From Microbacteriaceae bacterium (GTDB lineage Bacteria; Actinomycetota; Actinomycetes; Actinomycetales; Microbacteriaceae): DNA of 64,000 nucleotides. Below, piece by piece: positions 48,872 to 58,593 of the stretch (within the stretch, counting starts at the first letter, position 1; the number at the start of each line of letters is the position of its first letter). The position numbers and the translations under genes were made by a program. The stretch covers positions 379-64,378 of the forward strand of contig JAVLCC010000005.1 of the NCBI GenBank assembly GCA_031580995.1. Reading direction: 5' to 3'. The notes under the pieces are model-generated. The model made no database searches, was not told the origin of the DNA, and worked only from the letters and a program-made list of their open reading frames with translations.

Positions 48872-49743
48872 CGCTTTTTAGCTATTTCATATAGCGCTAA
48901 GGATGCGGCAACAGATGCATTCAGAGATTCCACACTTGAACTAATTGGAATGCTCACAATCTGATCGCAGGTTTTTCTGACTAATTGGCTAATGCCTTTA
49001 CCTTCAGCTCCGACAACAACAACCAATGGCTGATCGGCAAGTTCCAAATCAGGAAGGCTTATCTCGCCATCGCCATCCAAGCCAATTACAAATAATCCCT
49101 GCTTTTGGTATTCCTTCAGGGAAGCATTCAAATTAGGCGCCATTGCAACTGGGATTCTGGCTGCGGCTCCCGCGGATGTTTTCCAAGCGGCAGGTGTCAT
49201 GCCAACGCTTCTTCTAGAGGGAATCAAAATACCGCTTGCTCCAAATGCTGAAGCCGAACGAATGATTGCTCCTAGGTTTCTAGGGTCAGTGATTCCATCA
49301 CAGGCAATCACCAACGGACGCTTGCCAACCAAAAGGTCATGGGGATTTGAATAGATATAGGGAGGAACTTGCAAGATAACACCCTGGTGAACGCTATCCA
49401 CCCCTGCAAGTCTTGATAGCTCAGGTTTTGTGAGCTCGGTGATTGGCAATGAGCGAGCATTGGCAATGGAGATGATTTCCTTCATGCGATCATCCATCTC
49501 CAGCTGATTGGCGATAACCAGTGACTTTGCCGGAATCTTTGCCCTGAGAGACTCTAAAACACTGTTTTTACCGCTCACGATGTCATTGGTGGGTGATGTT
49601 CGCTTCTGGCCCTGTGAGGGTCTCTGCTTAGCTTTATAGGCTTTGTGGTTGGGTCTATCCTGAGCTTTTGGAGTTGGACCTTTTCCGGATAGGCGTTTTC
49701 TTCCGTGTCCGCCGGTTCCGACAGATGGTTTTTTCTTAGGCAT
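48868..49743 (-). CDS. rlmB: 23S rRNA (guanosine2251-2'-O)-methyltransferase (SpoU/TrmH family)
   Basis: Has a basic N-terminal tail and SpoU motifs (DPRNLGAIIRSA, VVGAEGKGIS, IPISSSVESLNASVAA). ATG at 49743 overlaps the cysS stop by 8 nt. Confidence 0.88.
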   Translation of the reverse strand: MPKKKPSVGTGGHGRKRLSGKGPTPKAQDRPNHKAYKAKQRPSQGQKRTSPTNDIVSGKNSVLESLRAKIPAKSLVIANQLEMDDRMKEIISIANARSLPITELTKPELSRLAGVDSVHQGVILQVPPYIYSNPHDLLVGKRPLVIACDGITDPRNLGAIIRSASAFGASGILIPSRRSVGMTPAAWKTSAGAAARIPVAMAPNLNASLKEYQKQGLFVIGLDGDGEISLPDLELADQPLVVVVGAEGKGISQLVRKTCDQIVSIPISSSVESLNASVAASLALYEIAKKR

Positions 49744-51112
49744 CAATGCTCCATGTTGTTCCATCAGCGTCGTCTTCTAGGGTCACGCCGATTTCTGAAA
49801 GTTTGTCTCTAATTTGATCCGCTAGATCAAAATCTTTATTTTCTCTAGCCTCTGACCGTAACCGAATCTGCTCTTCAATAAGACTTCCCAACACCAGCAT
49901 CTCAGCTCCGGTGCTTTCTGTCTCAAATTCGATTCCTAGAATTTCTAGCATTGCTAAAACCTCACCAAGCGATCCTGCAGCATCGCGAAGTCGCTGCTCA
50001 TCCAAAGCTTGGTTTCCCTCACGAACCTTTTCATGCAAGATCGCAATTGCTGCTGGCAGGTTGAGATCATCCTCCATCGCGACATCGAATGCTTCTGGGA
50101 TTAAATGCTCAATGGTGTATTGGCTGTCACCTAATTTTCTTGCCGCTCTTTCAACAAAACCCTCAATCCGCTCCAGAGCACTCTCCGCCTCATCTAAAGA
50201 ACCCGATTGATAATCCAAAACCGAACGGTAGTGAGCACTGAGTAGGTAATAGCGAAGCACCATCGGTGAGTGAGAATTCAATAACTCCGCCCCGAAAACA
50301 CTGTTGCCTAAAGATTTACTCATCTTTGAACCCTCAACGGTGACTAAGCCGTTATGCATCCAGAGATTTGCAAACTCGCTCCCCGAAGCTCTGGATTGAG
50401 CCAACTCGTTTTCGTGGTGTGGGAATCTAAGATCCAATCCCCCGCCATGGATGTCAAAGTTTTTACCCAGGTATTTCTCTGCCATCGCGGAGCATTCAAT
50501 ATGCCAACCGGGACGTCCTTGGCCAAATTCACTTTCCCAGCTAGCGGATTCAGGCTCTGTGTCTTTGCTAGCTTTCCATAGGGTGAAATCAGTGGCTGAT
50601 TTTTTAAATTCTCCAGCCCCCTCACCCTCCATGTCATCAGGTTTCTGGTTTGTAAGCTCCCCATAATCACCCCAGGAAGCACTGTCAAAATAAACATCAC
50701 CGTTATTTGCCCTATAGGCGAAACCTGCATCAACTAGCTTTGAAATCATTTGCAGTATCTCTGGGATGTGACCGGTCGCCCTTGGCTCATTGCTTGGTCT
50801 TTGTATCCCCAGTGCATCAAACTGACGCTGAAATTCCAATTCGTTTTTATAAGCCAACTCCCACCAACTGAGCTCATCGGTGTGTTTTTCCAAGACTTTG
50901 TCATCGATGTCTGTGATGTTTCGAATCAAGGTCACTTTCAAACCTTTATGCGCTAACCAACGAGACAGTAGGTCATAAACCAGTGCACTTCGCAGATGCC
51001 CTATGTGTGGCTCAGACTGAACCGTTGGACCACAAACATAAATGGACACATGGCCATTGTTTATGGGCTTTAAATCCACAAGCTCATGGGCTTTAGAGTC
51101 GTATAGCTGCAC
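49736..51112 (-). CDS. cysS: Cysteine--tRNA ligase
   Basis: 458 aa. Contains [15 protein letters not shown] (HIGH motif) and KMSKSLGN. Confidence 0.95.
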   Translation of the reverse strand: MQLYDSKAHELVDLKPINNGHVSIYVCGPTVQSEPHIGHLRSALVYDLLSRWLAHKGLKVTLIRNITDIDDKVLEKHTDELSWWELAYKNELEFQRQFDALGIQRPSNEPRATGHIPEILQMISKLVDAGFAYRANNGDVYFDSASWGDYGELTNQKPDDMEGEGAGEFKKSATDFTLWKASKDTEPESASWESEFGQGRPGWHIECSAMAEKYLGKNFDIHGGGLDLRFPHHENELAQSRASGSEFANLWMHNGLVTVEGSKMSKSLGNSVFGAELLNSHSPMVLRYYLLSAHYRSVLDYQSGSLDEAESALERIEGFVERAARKLGDSQYTIEHLIPEAFDVAMEDDLNLPAAIAILHEKVREGNQALDEQRLRDAAGSLGEVLAMLEILGIEFETESTGAEMLVLGSLIEEQIRLRSEARENKDFDLADQIRDKLSEIGVTLEDDADGTTWSIDA

Positions 51113-51121
51113 GCCGCTAGC

Positions 51122-52216
51122 CTATCTAGCTTTTTTCAATGAAGCGGTTGCAACCGCCCCCACACCACTGGCATCTTTCAAAAAACCTAAGCCATCGGTG
51201 GTGGTCGCCAAAATACTCACCGGTGCTCCAATTAGCTCCGTTAGCTTCGCTTGCAAGTCTTTTCTAATCGGTGAAATCTTCGGTTTATCCGCAACCAGCT
51301 GACAGGAGACATTCACGACTTTGAAACCAGCTTTTTCTAATAACTGCATGGTTTCATTGATAAATAACTCACCACTTGCCCCTGCAAACTTTGGTTCATC
51401 AATTCCATAAACACTTCCGATATCACCAAGCCTGGCAGCAGCCAACATTGCATCCACAATCGCATGCGATAAAGCATCGCCATCGCTGTGACCCTCAAGT
51501 TTTGGATAGCCATCAATGGCCATTGTTCCCAGCATCAGCTCTCCAGCATCTGAAAACTTATGACTATCCACTCCCGTTCCAACGAAAACATCATTGCTGA
51601 GATCATCCTCGGTGGTTATCTTTTTGGAGCGAATATCTCCTGCGACAAAGCCAACCGCGTGCCCCGCATTTTCCATCAGCATGGCCTCATCAGTTACTTC
51701 AACATCACTAAAACTTGCAAGCAGTTTCTCCCTGTCAAACCCCTGTGGTGTTTGCGCTGCCACTAATTGATCACGATTGATAGTGGCGGTGATTAGTTGC
51801 CCATCGATTTGTTTGATGGTGTCGGTAACTGCAATTGCGGGGATGACCGCATCAAAAGCCTCTAAAGCCTCGGTCACTCTTTCAAAAACATCTATTGGTG
51901 TGAAACACCTCGCGGCATCGTGAATCAAAACTTTGTCTGCATTCGTAGCTTGGATTCCATTGAAAGCGCTTTGCTGTCTCGTGTCTCCACCAGCAATCAA
52001 CTTTGCTGATTCTGGGATGAGTTCTCGAAACTGATCGAGATAATCATCGGGAGCGACAACCACAAGTTCAGTCTCTGTCTCTGTCTCTGTCTCGGGAAGA
52101 TTGTCCAGGCAGTGTTCCAAAATTGTTTTTCCATCAATTTGAACTAAGGCCTTGGGGATTCCCCTGCCTAGTCTTTCGCCGCGACCCGCGGCCACGACGA
52201 TGATTGCGAGGCTCAT
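51122..52216 (-). CDS. ispDF: Fused bifunctional IspD/IspF (MEP cytidylyltransferase + MEcPP synthase)
   Basis: 364 aa in a single frame. The N-terminus VVAAGRGERLG is IspD-like. From about residue 212, VGTGVDSHKF...GHSDGDALSHAIVDAML..LGDIG is IspF-like. Confidence 0.9.
   Translation of the reverse strand: MSLAIIVVAAGRGERLGRGIPKALVQIDGKTILEHCLDNLPETETETETELVVVAPDDYLDQFRELIPESAKLIAGGDTRQQSAFNGIQATNADKVLIHDAARCFTPIDVFERVTEALEAFDAVIPAIAVTDTIKQIDGQLITATINRDQLVAAQTPQGFDREKLLASFSDVEVTDEAMLMENAGHAVGFVAGDIRSKKITTEDDLSNDVFVGTGVDSHKFSDAGELMLGTMAIDGYPKLEGHSDGDALSHAIVDAMLAAARLGDIGSVYGIDEPKFAGASGELFINETMQLLEKAGFKVVNVSCQLVADKPKISPIRKDLQAKLTELIGAPVSILATTTDGLGFLKDASGVGAVATASLKKAR
52071..52093. repeat. Hexanucleotide microsatellite (GTCTCT)x~4 inside ispD, encoding ETETETETE
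   Basis: Direct read: gtctct gtctct gtctct gtctc. It is in frame and translates to PETETETETELVV. Confidence 0.9.
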
Positions 52217-52218
52217 GA

Positions 52219-52701
52219 TTAGCCCGCGAGGACTTTGTCTAGCTCCGCGCCAGCCTTTTCCTCATCGGTTTTGCGAGCAAGTGCCAACTCAGAAATCAAA
52301 ATCTGTCTTGCCTTTGCAAGCATTCTCTTCTCACCTGCAGAAAGACCGCGATCCTGATCTCTTCTCCAGAGGTCTCTGACAACCTCGCTGACCTTCACAA
52401 CATCACCGCTTGCAAGTTTTTCCAAGTTGGCTTTATACCTTCTTGACCAGTTGGTTGGCTCTTCAACAAACTCCGCCTGCAAAACATCAAAGACCTCTTT
52501 GACGCCTTTTTTGTCGATGACGTCACGAACGCCAACCTTTTCGACGTTTTCCTTGGGAACCTGAATCTCAAGTTCTGACTGGGTGACCATCAGGGTCAAA
52601 TACTCTTTGGTTTCGCCGCGCACGGTTTTCTTGGCAATTTTGGTGATTTTCGCCGCGCCGTGGTGGGGATAAACTACTGTCTCGCCTACTTCAAAACGCA
52701 T
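52219..52701 (-). CDS. carD: CarD-family RNAP-binding transcriptional regulator
   Basis: 160 aa. Begins [19 protein letters not shown] and contains the motif NWSRRYKAN. Confidence 0.95.
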   Translation of the reverse strand: MRFEVGETVVYPHHGAAKITKIAKKTVRGETKEYLTLMVTQSELEIQVPKENVEKVGVRDVIDKKGVKEVFDVLQAEFVEEPTNWSRRYKANLEKLASGDVVKVSEVVRDLWRRDQDRGLSAGEKRMLAKARQILISELALARKTDEEKAGAELDKVLAG

Positions 52702-52792
52702 ATTGTTCTCTCAACTCCAAAGTGTCAGTCTACCACAGTGGGTCAAGCGCTTCTGGGCTAGAATGACAAGAGTAATTTCACTGGAGGATATT

Positions 52793-53266
52793 TTGCGCCG
52801 AGTTCTGTCTGCCCTTGCCGTCTCGACACTAGTTGTAACAATCACCACCGGTTGCCAGTTCATGCAACCGGTGCGTTCTTTGGACCCCTACGCCCCATCA
52901 GATGGTTTTCAAACCGACATTGACGAGCTAAAAGCAAGAAACTTCATGCTGCTGGAGCTTGATAACGAAGCAGCCCTGATTGGAAGCTTTGTAAACAGCG
53001 GAGATGTCGATCTAGACGTGACGGTGCAGATAATCAGCGGGGATAACCGCTCAGACACCTTTGTTGAGGTTCCAGCCGGAGGAAAAACAGACATGGGTTA
53101 TAACGGAAACCCTCCCAAGCGAGTCGATCTACCAGATGAAATCATTGCAGGTCAGCTTTACCCGATTTTTATCCAGGTAGAGCAAGACACCCCAAGAGAA
53201 CTACTAGTGCCAGTTATGGATGGATCTCTTGAGGAGTATCAGCAGATGATTGACCTGCTGAACTAA
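52793..53266 (+). CDS. Hypothetical lipoprotein
   Basis: Has a lipobox: LRRVLSALAVSTLVVTITTGC. TTG at 52793 is preceded by GGAGGA (52783-52788). The track start at 52703 would abut the carD start. I recognise no family. Confidence 0.55.
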   Translation: MRRVLSALAVSTLVVTITTGCQFMQPVRSLDPYAPSDGFQTDIDELKARNFMLLELDNEAALIGSFVNSGDVDLDVTVQIISGDNRSDTFVEVPAGGKTDMGYNGNPPKRVDLPDEIIAGQLYPIFIQVEQDTPRELLVPVMDGSLEEYQQMIDLLN

Positions 53267-53943
53267 GCCTCGAATTTATATCCAAGCCCTCTGACTGTTA
53301 GCAGATGCCTTGGCCTTGCGGGGTCATCTTCGATTTTTGAGCGAATTCTTTTCACGTGGACATCAAGTGTTTTTGTGTCACCGTAGTAATTACTCCCCCA
53401 AACGCGATCAATGATTTGACCTCTGGTCAAAACCCTGTTCACGTTTTCCATCAGTAGCTCCAATAGTTCGAATTCCTTAAGTGGCATTTGAACTTTCTCG
53501 CCGTGGACTGTGACTATGTGCTGCTCGACATCCATCTCCACCGAACCTGCCTTCAAAATGCCTTCTTGCTGCTCGATGGGGTCAGCTTTGCGCCTCAGAA
53601 CCGCTTTCATTCTTGCCAACAGCTCCCTGGTTGAATAGGGCTTTGTGACATAGTCATCCGCCCCTATTTCTAAGCCAACAACCTTGTCAATCTCGGTGTC
53701 TTTGGCGGTGAGCATGATGATTGGAACATTTGATGTGTTTCTGACCTCGCGGCAAACCTCATTGCCACTAAGCCCTGGAAGCATCAGATCCAACAGAATC
53801 ATGTCTGCTCCGTGCTCATCAAATACGGAAAGTGCGGTGGTGCCATCTTCTGCCTCCACCACGTCATACCCCTCTTTTTGCAGTAGGTAGACCAAAGGCT
53901 CACGTAGGTTCGCCTCATCCTCCACAACCAGAATCTTGGTCAT
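53263..53943 (-). CDS. regX3: OmpR-family response regulator (RegX3/PhoP-like, phosphate control)
   Basis: 226 aa with a canonical receiver (VVEDE, LLDLMLPG, TAKD, YVTKPY) and a winged helix (VRGLGYKF). The synteny gpmA-senX3-regX3 matches mycobacteria. Confidence 0.85.
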   Translation of the reverse strand: MTKILVVEDEANLREPLVYLLQKEGYDVVEAEDGTTALSVFDEHGADMILLDLMLPGLSGNEVCREVRNTSNVPIIMLTAKDTEIDKVVGLEIGADDYVTKPYSTRELLARMKAVLRRKADPIEQQEGILKAGSVEMDVEQHIVTVHGEKVQMPLKEFELLELLMENVNRVLTRGQIIDRVWGSNYYGDTKTLDVHVKRIRSKIEDDPARPRHLLTVRGLGYKFEA

Positions 53944-55106
53944 GCGTCTGCTCCGATCTGTTTATCGATTGTTGGAATCCGCAGAGTGAAAGTTGACCCA
54001 ACACCCAAACGGCTGAATAGCTTCACCTCACCGTTATGGTTTTGAGCAGCGTGTTTCACGATGCTCAACCCCAAGCCGGTGCCCCCGGTCTCACGAGACC
54101 TAGATGGATCCACTCGATAAAACCTTTCAAATATCCGCTCCTGCTCATCCTCGGATATTCCCCTGCCACTATCGGCAACGCTTATTTCCGCTAAATCTCC
54201 AACGCGCTTGATGCCAACACCAACCTGCGCCCCGTTATCTGAATAGACAATGGCGTTTTCAATCAGGTTTCTCAAAGCTGCGGTGAGCATGTCGTAATCA
54301 CCTTTGACGTGGATGCTCTCGTGGGTATCAGCCATGACCTTGATTCCCTGTTGCTCAGCAAGCGTTTGATTTCTCTCAACCGCATCGGTGACAACCTGTC
54401 TGAGATCCATCTCAATAGCGTTTTCCAAAACCGGACCAGACTGCATTTTTGAAAGCTGAATCACTTCCTGCACCAAATTAGATAAACGCTTTGATTCCTT
54501 TGAAAGATTCTGAGCAAACCTTTTGGCGGTCTCAGGATCATCAATTGAGTCCTCAATTGCCTCCGCCAACAAACTGATTGCCCCAATTGGGGTTTTTAGT
54601 TCATGGGAAACATTGGCAACGAAATCTCTTCTGGTTTCTTCTAGGCGTTTGGATTCAGTTCTGTCATCCACCAGCAAAATGACCAAGTCTCTGCCGAAGT
54701 GGGCGGCGCGTGCTCTTAGCCAGATTGGGTTTTTTCCAGAGCCAGATTCGATTTCAACATCTCGCTCAATGACATCCTGCTGATCTCTCGCCTCGTCAAC
54801 TAAATTGACTAAAGATGCGTGTATTAGATGCCTATTTTGAATTAGTCCAAACACCTGCGCACCGGGAGAATATCTCAGCACCTGATTATTTCTATTTAGG
54901 ACAACACCGGCGTTAGCAATTCGGTCCACAATCTCAGCGGCAACCTCTTCAAAAACATTCACTCCGGAGCTGGATTTATAGCGGGAGCGTCTAATTGCGG
55001 CGATGCCGGCGACCAGTCCGAGCACCAGAAAGGCGATCAAAAGCCCCAGTGCTATTTGCTCGATTGTGTTCACTTTATTAACAATATCTCCACTTTCTGG
55101 TAACAC
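53940..55106 (-). CDS. senX3: Sensor histidine kinase (SenX3/PhoR-like)
   Basis: 388 aa with one N-terminal TM helix, a PAS-like segment, the H-box VANVSHELKTPI and the G2 box GGTGLGLSIV. The exact start is uncertain. Confidence 0.85.
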   Translation of the reverse strand: MLPESGDIVNKVNTIEQIALGLLIAFLVLGLVAGIAAIRRSRYKSSSGVNVFEEVAAEIVDRIANAGVVLNRNNQVLRYSPGAQVFGLIQNRHLIHASLVNLVDEARDQQDVIERDVEIESGSGKNPIWLRARAAHFGRDLVILLVDDRTESKRLEETRRDFVANVSHELKTPIGAISLLAEAIEDSIDDPETAKRFAQNLSKESKRLSNLVQEVIQLSKMQSGPVLENAIEMDLRQVVTDAVERNQTLAEQQGIKVMADTHESIHVKGDYDMLTAALRNLIENAIVYSDNGAQVGVGIKRVGDLAEISVADSGRGISEDEQERIFERFYRVDPSRSRETGGTGLGLSIVKHAAQNHNGEVKLFSRLGVGSTFTLRIPTIDKQIGADA

Positions 55107-55146
55107 TACCGCCTTTCAAATCCAAAGGAAGTGGCTATTTTGTAGT

Positions 55147-55186
55147 AGTTTCAACAATGTTCAGCTTGTGTTCACTAATCACTGAC
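55147..55186 (+). promoter_or_regulatory. PHO-box-like 11-nt phased direct repeats in the senX3/phoU divergent promoter
   Basis: TGTTCAG at 55158-55164 and TGTTCAC at 55169-55175 are exactly 11 nt apart. Weaker units (AGTTTCA, CACTGAC) sit 11 nt to either side. Confidence 0.55.
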
Positions 55187-55219
55187 ACTCTCAACTGAGC
55201 AAGGAATTTAGGAGAAATT

Positions 55220-55867
55220 ATGCGCGAGGTCTTCCAGCAGGAACTCTCAGAGGTTCAGGACCGACTAGTAACAATCGCTAGCGAAGCAACCGAGACAATG
55301 AAGCTTGCCACACAGGCCTTTCTCACATCAGATGTTGCTCTAGCTGATCAGGCTTTAGAAAAAGCCGATGCCAACGAAGCCCACGCTTTGGACCTAGATG
55401 AACTGGTAATCAAAGTGCTAGCAACTCAGGGACCAGTTGCCAAGGACCTACGAATTTTGGTTAGTGCACTAAGAATGAGTGCTTCTTTGGAGCGCATGGG
55501 AGGCCTTGCCGGTCACATCGCAGCTATTGCAAGATTTCGCTACCCAGGAAGTGCTATCCCAGAGGTTGTCCGCCCAGTTTTTGAAAAGATGAGCGAATTG
55601 GATGTTGCTCTCGGTGAGCGCTGTGTGGAGCTTTTGAAAAACACCAGCCTGGACGAAGCAACACAGATTGCCGATGCAGATGATGAAGTAGACAAGCTTC
55701 ACAAGCAGGTGTTTGACATTGTCTTAGCAGATGACTGGAAAGAAAATGCCATGTTCACAGTGGATGTCACTCTGGCAAGTCGCTACTTCGAGCGCTTTGC
55801 TGACCACGTTGTGGACATCTCAGACAAGGTTCGCTACCTAAACACAGGTGACTGGACCGAAAACTAA
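55220..55867 (+). CDS. phoU: Phosphate signalling complex protein PhoU
   Basis: 215 aa. It has a two-repeat PhoU architecture, with the E/DxxxD motif in the second half ([13 protein letters not shown]). Confidence 0.9.
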   Translation: MREVFQQELSEVQDRLVTIASEATETMKLATQAFLTSDVALADQALEKADANEAHALDLDELVIKVLATQGPVAKDLRILVSALRMSASLERMGGLAGHIAAIARFRYPGSAIPEVVRPVFEKMSELDVALGERCVELLKNTSLDEATQIADADDEVDKLHKQVFDIVLADDWKENAMFTVDVTLASRYFERFADHVVDISDKVRYLNTGDWTEN

Positions 55868-56601
55868 GCTTTCCCCTGATTGGCAACGCTCGCAGCTCCC
55901 GCTGCGGCAGCCTCTGGGTCTAGATATTCTGCAGGTCTAACTGGCTTGAAATTTTCATCCAATTCGTAATGCAGCGGAATTCCGGTTGGAATGTTCAGCT
56001 CTGAAATCTCATCATCGCTGATTCCATCAAGGTGCTTCACTAATGCTCTTAGAGAATTTCCATGAGCGGTCACTAAAACAGATCCCCTGCTTGCTAGCTC
56101 TGGTTGGATGCTCTCCTCCCAATAGGGAAGCATCCGATCTAGGACATCTTTTAGGCATTCGGTTTTCGGAACCTCAACACCTGAATATTTCTCCTCCCCC
56201 GACTGATCAAATTCACTTCCAGCTTCAATTTCTGGGGGTGGAACATCAAAACTTCTTCTCCAGGTTTGGAATTTCTCAGCACCGAATTGTTCAAGTGTCT
56301 GTGCTTTGTCTTTCCCCTGCAGTGCTCCGTAGTGGCGCTCGTTTAATCGCCAATCACGAATTACATCCAGCCAGGAAAGATCTGCCTCAGCAAGAGCAAT
56401 TTCTGCTGTGTGGATGGCTCTTTTCAATCTTGAAGTAAATAAAACCTTTGGAGCCAGTCCTGATTCACGAAGCAATTCGCCTGCTCTTTTGGCCTCTTCC
56501 CTACCTTGGTCAGTTAGCCCAACATCCACCCATCCGGTGAAGAGATTTTTTTGATTCCATTCGCTGTTTCCGTGACGGAGAAGTATTAGCTGATAAGTCA
56601 T
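55864..56601 (-). CDS. gpmA: 2,3-bisphosphoglycerate-dependent phosphoglycerate mutase
   Basis: 245 aa. Contains [12 protein letters not shown] (RHG catalytic motif) and [11 protein letters not shown]. Confidence 0.95.
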   Translation of the reverse strand: MTYQLILLRHGNSEWNQKNLFTGWVDVGLTDQGREEAKRAGELLRESGLAPKVLFTSRLKRAIHTAEIALAEADLSWLDVIRDWRLNERHYGALQGKDKAQTLEQFGAEKFQTWRRSFDVPPPEIEAGSEFDQSGEEKYSGVEVPKTECLKDVLDRMLPYWEESIQPELASRGSVLVTAHGNSLRALVKHLDGISDDEISELNIPTGIPLHYELDENFKPVRPAEYLDPEAAAAGAASVANQGKA

Positions 56602-56610
56602 GGCAATAGC

Positions 56611-57555
56611 TTAGGGCTTATTGCTGAGGCGTAATTTGGGCATCTTTGGAATGTCACTTGTTGACCCCGCTGACTGCGGAACCAAGATCTCCTGGGTTGC
56701 TCCCAAACCGTTTTCAAATTTCAATTCAGCCATCGGGTCAACATTGCGCTTGATTAGCGCCAATGCAATTGGGCCTGCCTCGAAGTGATTGCCGACAGCG
56801 GTGATTTTTCCAATAACGCGCTCATTGTGAATCAGCTCATCGCCAACCTCAGGCAAATCAGTCCCGTCCTCCAAATACAACATGGTGAGTCTTCTGGGAG
56901 GGTGGCCAAGCTTATGCACCTTCGCAACCGCCTCTTGACCTTTATAACAACCCTTCTGCAAATGAACAGCAGAGGTCAATAAATCCAGTTCATGAGGCAA
57001 GGTCTTTTCATCAATCTCAGTCTCAGCTGGTCTCCCTGCATAGATACGCAGGGGTTCGATGGTTTCAAAATCAATCAGCTCTGCAGGCAATTCATCTAAA
57101 ACATTCAAAAACAGCGGGTGAGAGATATTTCTTGTTCCGTAGCGATAGCCACCTATTCGGATCTCTGGCCAGATGTCCTGCCAGAAAACATCGGAGATCG
57201 GTTTATTGAAACTTGCAACGATGTTTTCATCACCTTTTTTAATCTCCACAATTTTTCTAAAGCGCATCTTCAATAAATAATCATGCAATTCATCAATGGA
57301 ATCTTTGTTTGTAATCAAAAGCAATGAGTCATCGGTTGCAATCACACGGATGATTTGCTGGATTCTTCCCTGCGCATCCAAAGACAACGTCTCCACTGAA
57401 TCCCCAGCACTCAAATCATCAAGTTTTTGACTGAATAGGCTATTTAGCCAGCTCAGTCTGTCTTCCCCAGAGACGCGCACTAAACCAAAGTTAGTTTCCG
57501 CATTCACCTCCCCCTCAGAAAACATTCGCTGTCTGATTAGGGGGTTTTCATTCAT
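56611..57555 (-). CDS. ygfZ: Folate-binding protein YgfZ (GcvT-like fold)
   Basis: 314 aa. Contains QKGCYKGQEAVAKV, which matches the KGC[YF]xGQE signature. Confidence 0.82.
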   Translation of the reverse strand: MNENPLIRQRMFSEGEVNAETNFGLVRVSGEDRLSWLNSLFSQKLDDLSAGDSVETLSLDAQGRIQQIIRVIATDDSLLLITNKDSIDELHDYLLKMRFRKIVEIKKGDENIVASFNKPISDVFWQDIWPEIRIGGYRYGTRNISHPLFLNVLDELPAELIDFETIEPLRIYAGRPAETEIDEKTLPHELDLLTSAVHLQKGCYKGQEAVAKVHKLGHPPRRLTMLYLEDGTDLPEVGDELIHNERVIGKITAVGNHFEAGPIALALIKRNVDPMAELKFENGLGATQEILVPQSAGSTSDIPKMPKLRLSNKP

Positions 57556-58148
57556 GATTCTCTTTCTAACCTTGCTGATGCGTGGCTTGAGAGCGGATTA
57601 CCTAAAGCGGCAATATCCCATGCCCATAATAAAGCTCCGTCTACTAGACCAAACATACGCTGTCCAGCTGAGTATTCCTTGGCGTGGGGGGATCTCAACA
57701 CAGCATCGGTGGCCAATTGAACTCTGCCACCTTTGATGTTTCCAAAATAAAGCTCGCTGATCCCACTTGGCTGCATGATTCCAGCTTCGATATCAAAGCC
57801 TTCATCGTTGTTTCTGTATTGCTCTAGGTCTTCACGGGTTTTGATGTCCCGCTCACCTTTCGCTGGCAGTAATCCCGGTCCTGCATCCCCAGCTTGGGCA
57901 TCCCGCGCTAAACGCCAGTAGCCCAATTCACTTGGCAACAGCAGGTCTTCTTTGGAGGATTTGACGTTTGATTCGTATTTCAAATAGTTATCGCCGTTAT
58001 GAGTGAAACTGATTGTTTGTGAAAACTCGGTTTCTATTTCCTTGTCGCCATCGTTATAGCTAATTACACCTGTTCCCCGCCATAGGCCAACCAGAAAGGC
58101 AAAGGGGGTGAGTTCAAGCGGTAGATCGGTTGGTAGTTGAAAAACCAA
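57552..58148 (-). CDS. FABP/nitrobindin-like beta-barrel protein (DUF1794)
   Basis: 198 aa. Contains LAFLVGLWRGTGVISY and a C-terminal WAWDIAALGNPLSSHASARLERE. TTG start per the track. Confidence 0.75.
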   Translation of the reverse strand: MVFQLPTDLPLELTPFAFLVGLWRGTGVISYNDGDKEIETEFSQTISFTHNGDNYLKYESNVKSSKEDLLLPSELGYWRLARDAQAGDAGPGLLPAKGERDIKTREDLEQYRNNDEGFDIEAGIMQPSGISELYFGNIKGGRVQLATDAVLRSPHAKEYSAGQRMFGLVDGALLWAWDIAALGNPLSSHASARLERES

Positions 58149-58259
58149 CTACTTCTGACCCTTATACAGCTTGTATATAACCAAACCACTGACTCCAGCA
58201 ATCGCAAGCGATGCCAAAACCAACAGTCCTAAAAAGAAAATTTCCAGAGCTAAAAGCAT
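58149..58259 (-). CDS. Candidate 36-aa single-TM small protein (MLLALEIFFLGLLVLASLAIAGVSGLVIYKLYKGQK)
   Basis: Below the track length cut-off; this is my own reading. The ATG at 58259 is preceded by AGGA, which overlaps the stop of the upstream 84-aa gene. Its TAG abuts the TTG start of the nitrobindin-like gene. Confidence 0.4.
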   Translation of the reverse strand: MLLALEIFFLGLLVLASLAIAGVSGLVIYKLYKGQK

Positions 58260-58268
58260 GTTTCCATC

Positions 58269-58523
58269 CTAGACCAGCAACGCAAAAGCCGTAGCGATAA
58301 CAATGATTCCTAAAGATCCCGTTGCAACATAAACCATTTGCCTAACAGTTTCATTTGGTCTTGCAACCACCAGGTGTTGCAATGAAACCAATGCCAGTGA
58401 TCCGGCAGCCAGCATTCCAAAGATTGGGAATCTGTCTTGAGCATCAATGGCGAGGCTTGCAAAAATGGCCACCCCAGCAACCAATAGCCAGATGCTGACT
58501 ATTGGTGCCCAATGTTTTATCAC
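58269..58523 (-). CDS. Small hypothetical membrane protein (3 TM)
   Basis: 84 aa, strongly hydrophobic. I recognise no family. Confidence 0.5.
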   Translation of the reverse strand: MIKHWAPIVSIWLLVAGVAIFASLAIDAQDRFPIFGMLAAGSLALVSLQHLVVARPNETVRQMVYVATGSLGIIVIATAFALLV

Positions 58524-58593
58524 AGGGTCAATCTACCGAATTTTCCCGCCCCGAGGCTTCTAAGGCTATTCTTGGGGGAAGAAAGTAGCGGTT

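Noticed and set aside
52066-52095. CRISPR-like or other interspersed repeat
   Set aside because: It is a simple in-frame hexanucleotide microsatellite inside ispD. No spacer-repeat architecture exists anywhere in the window.
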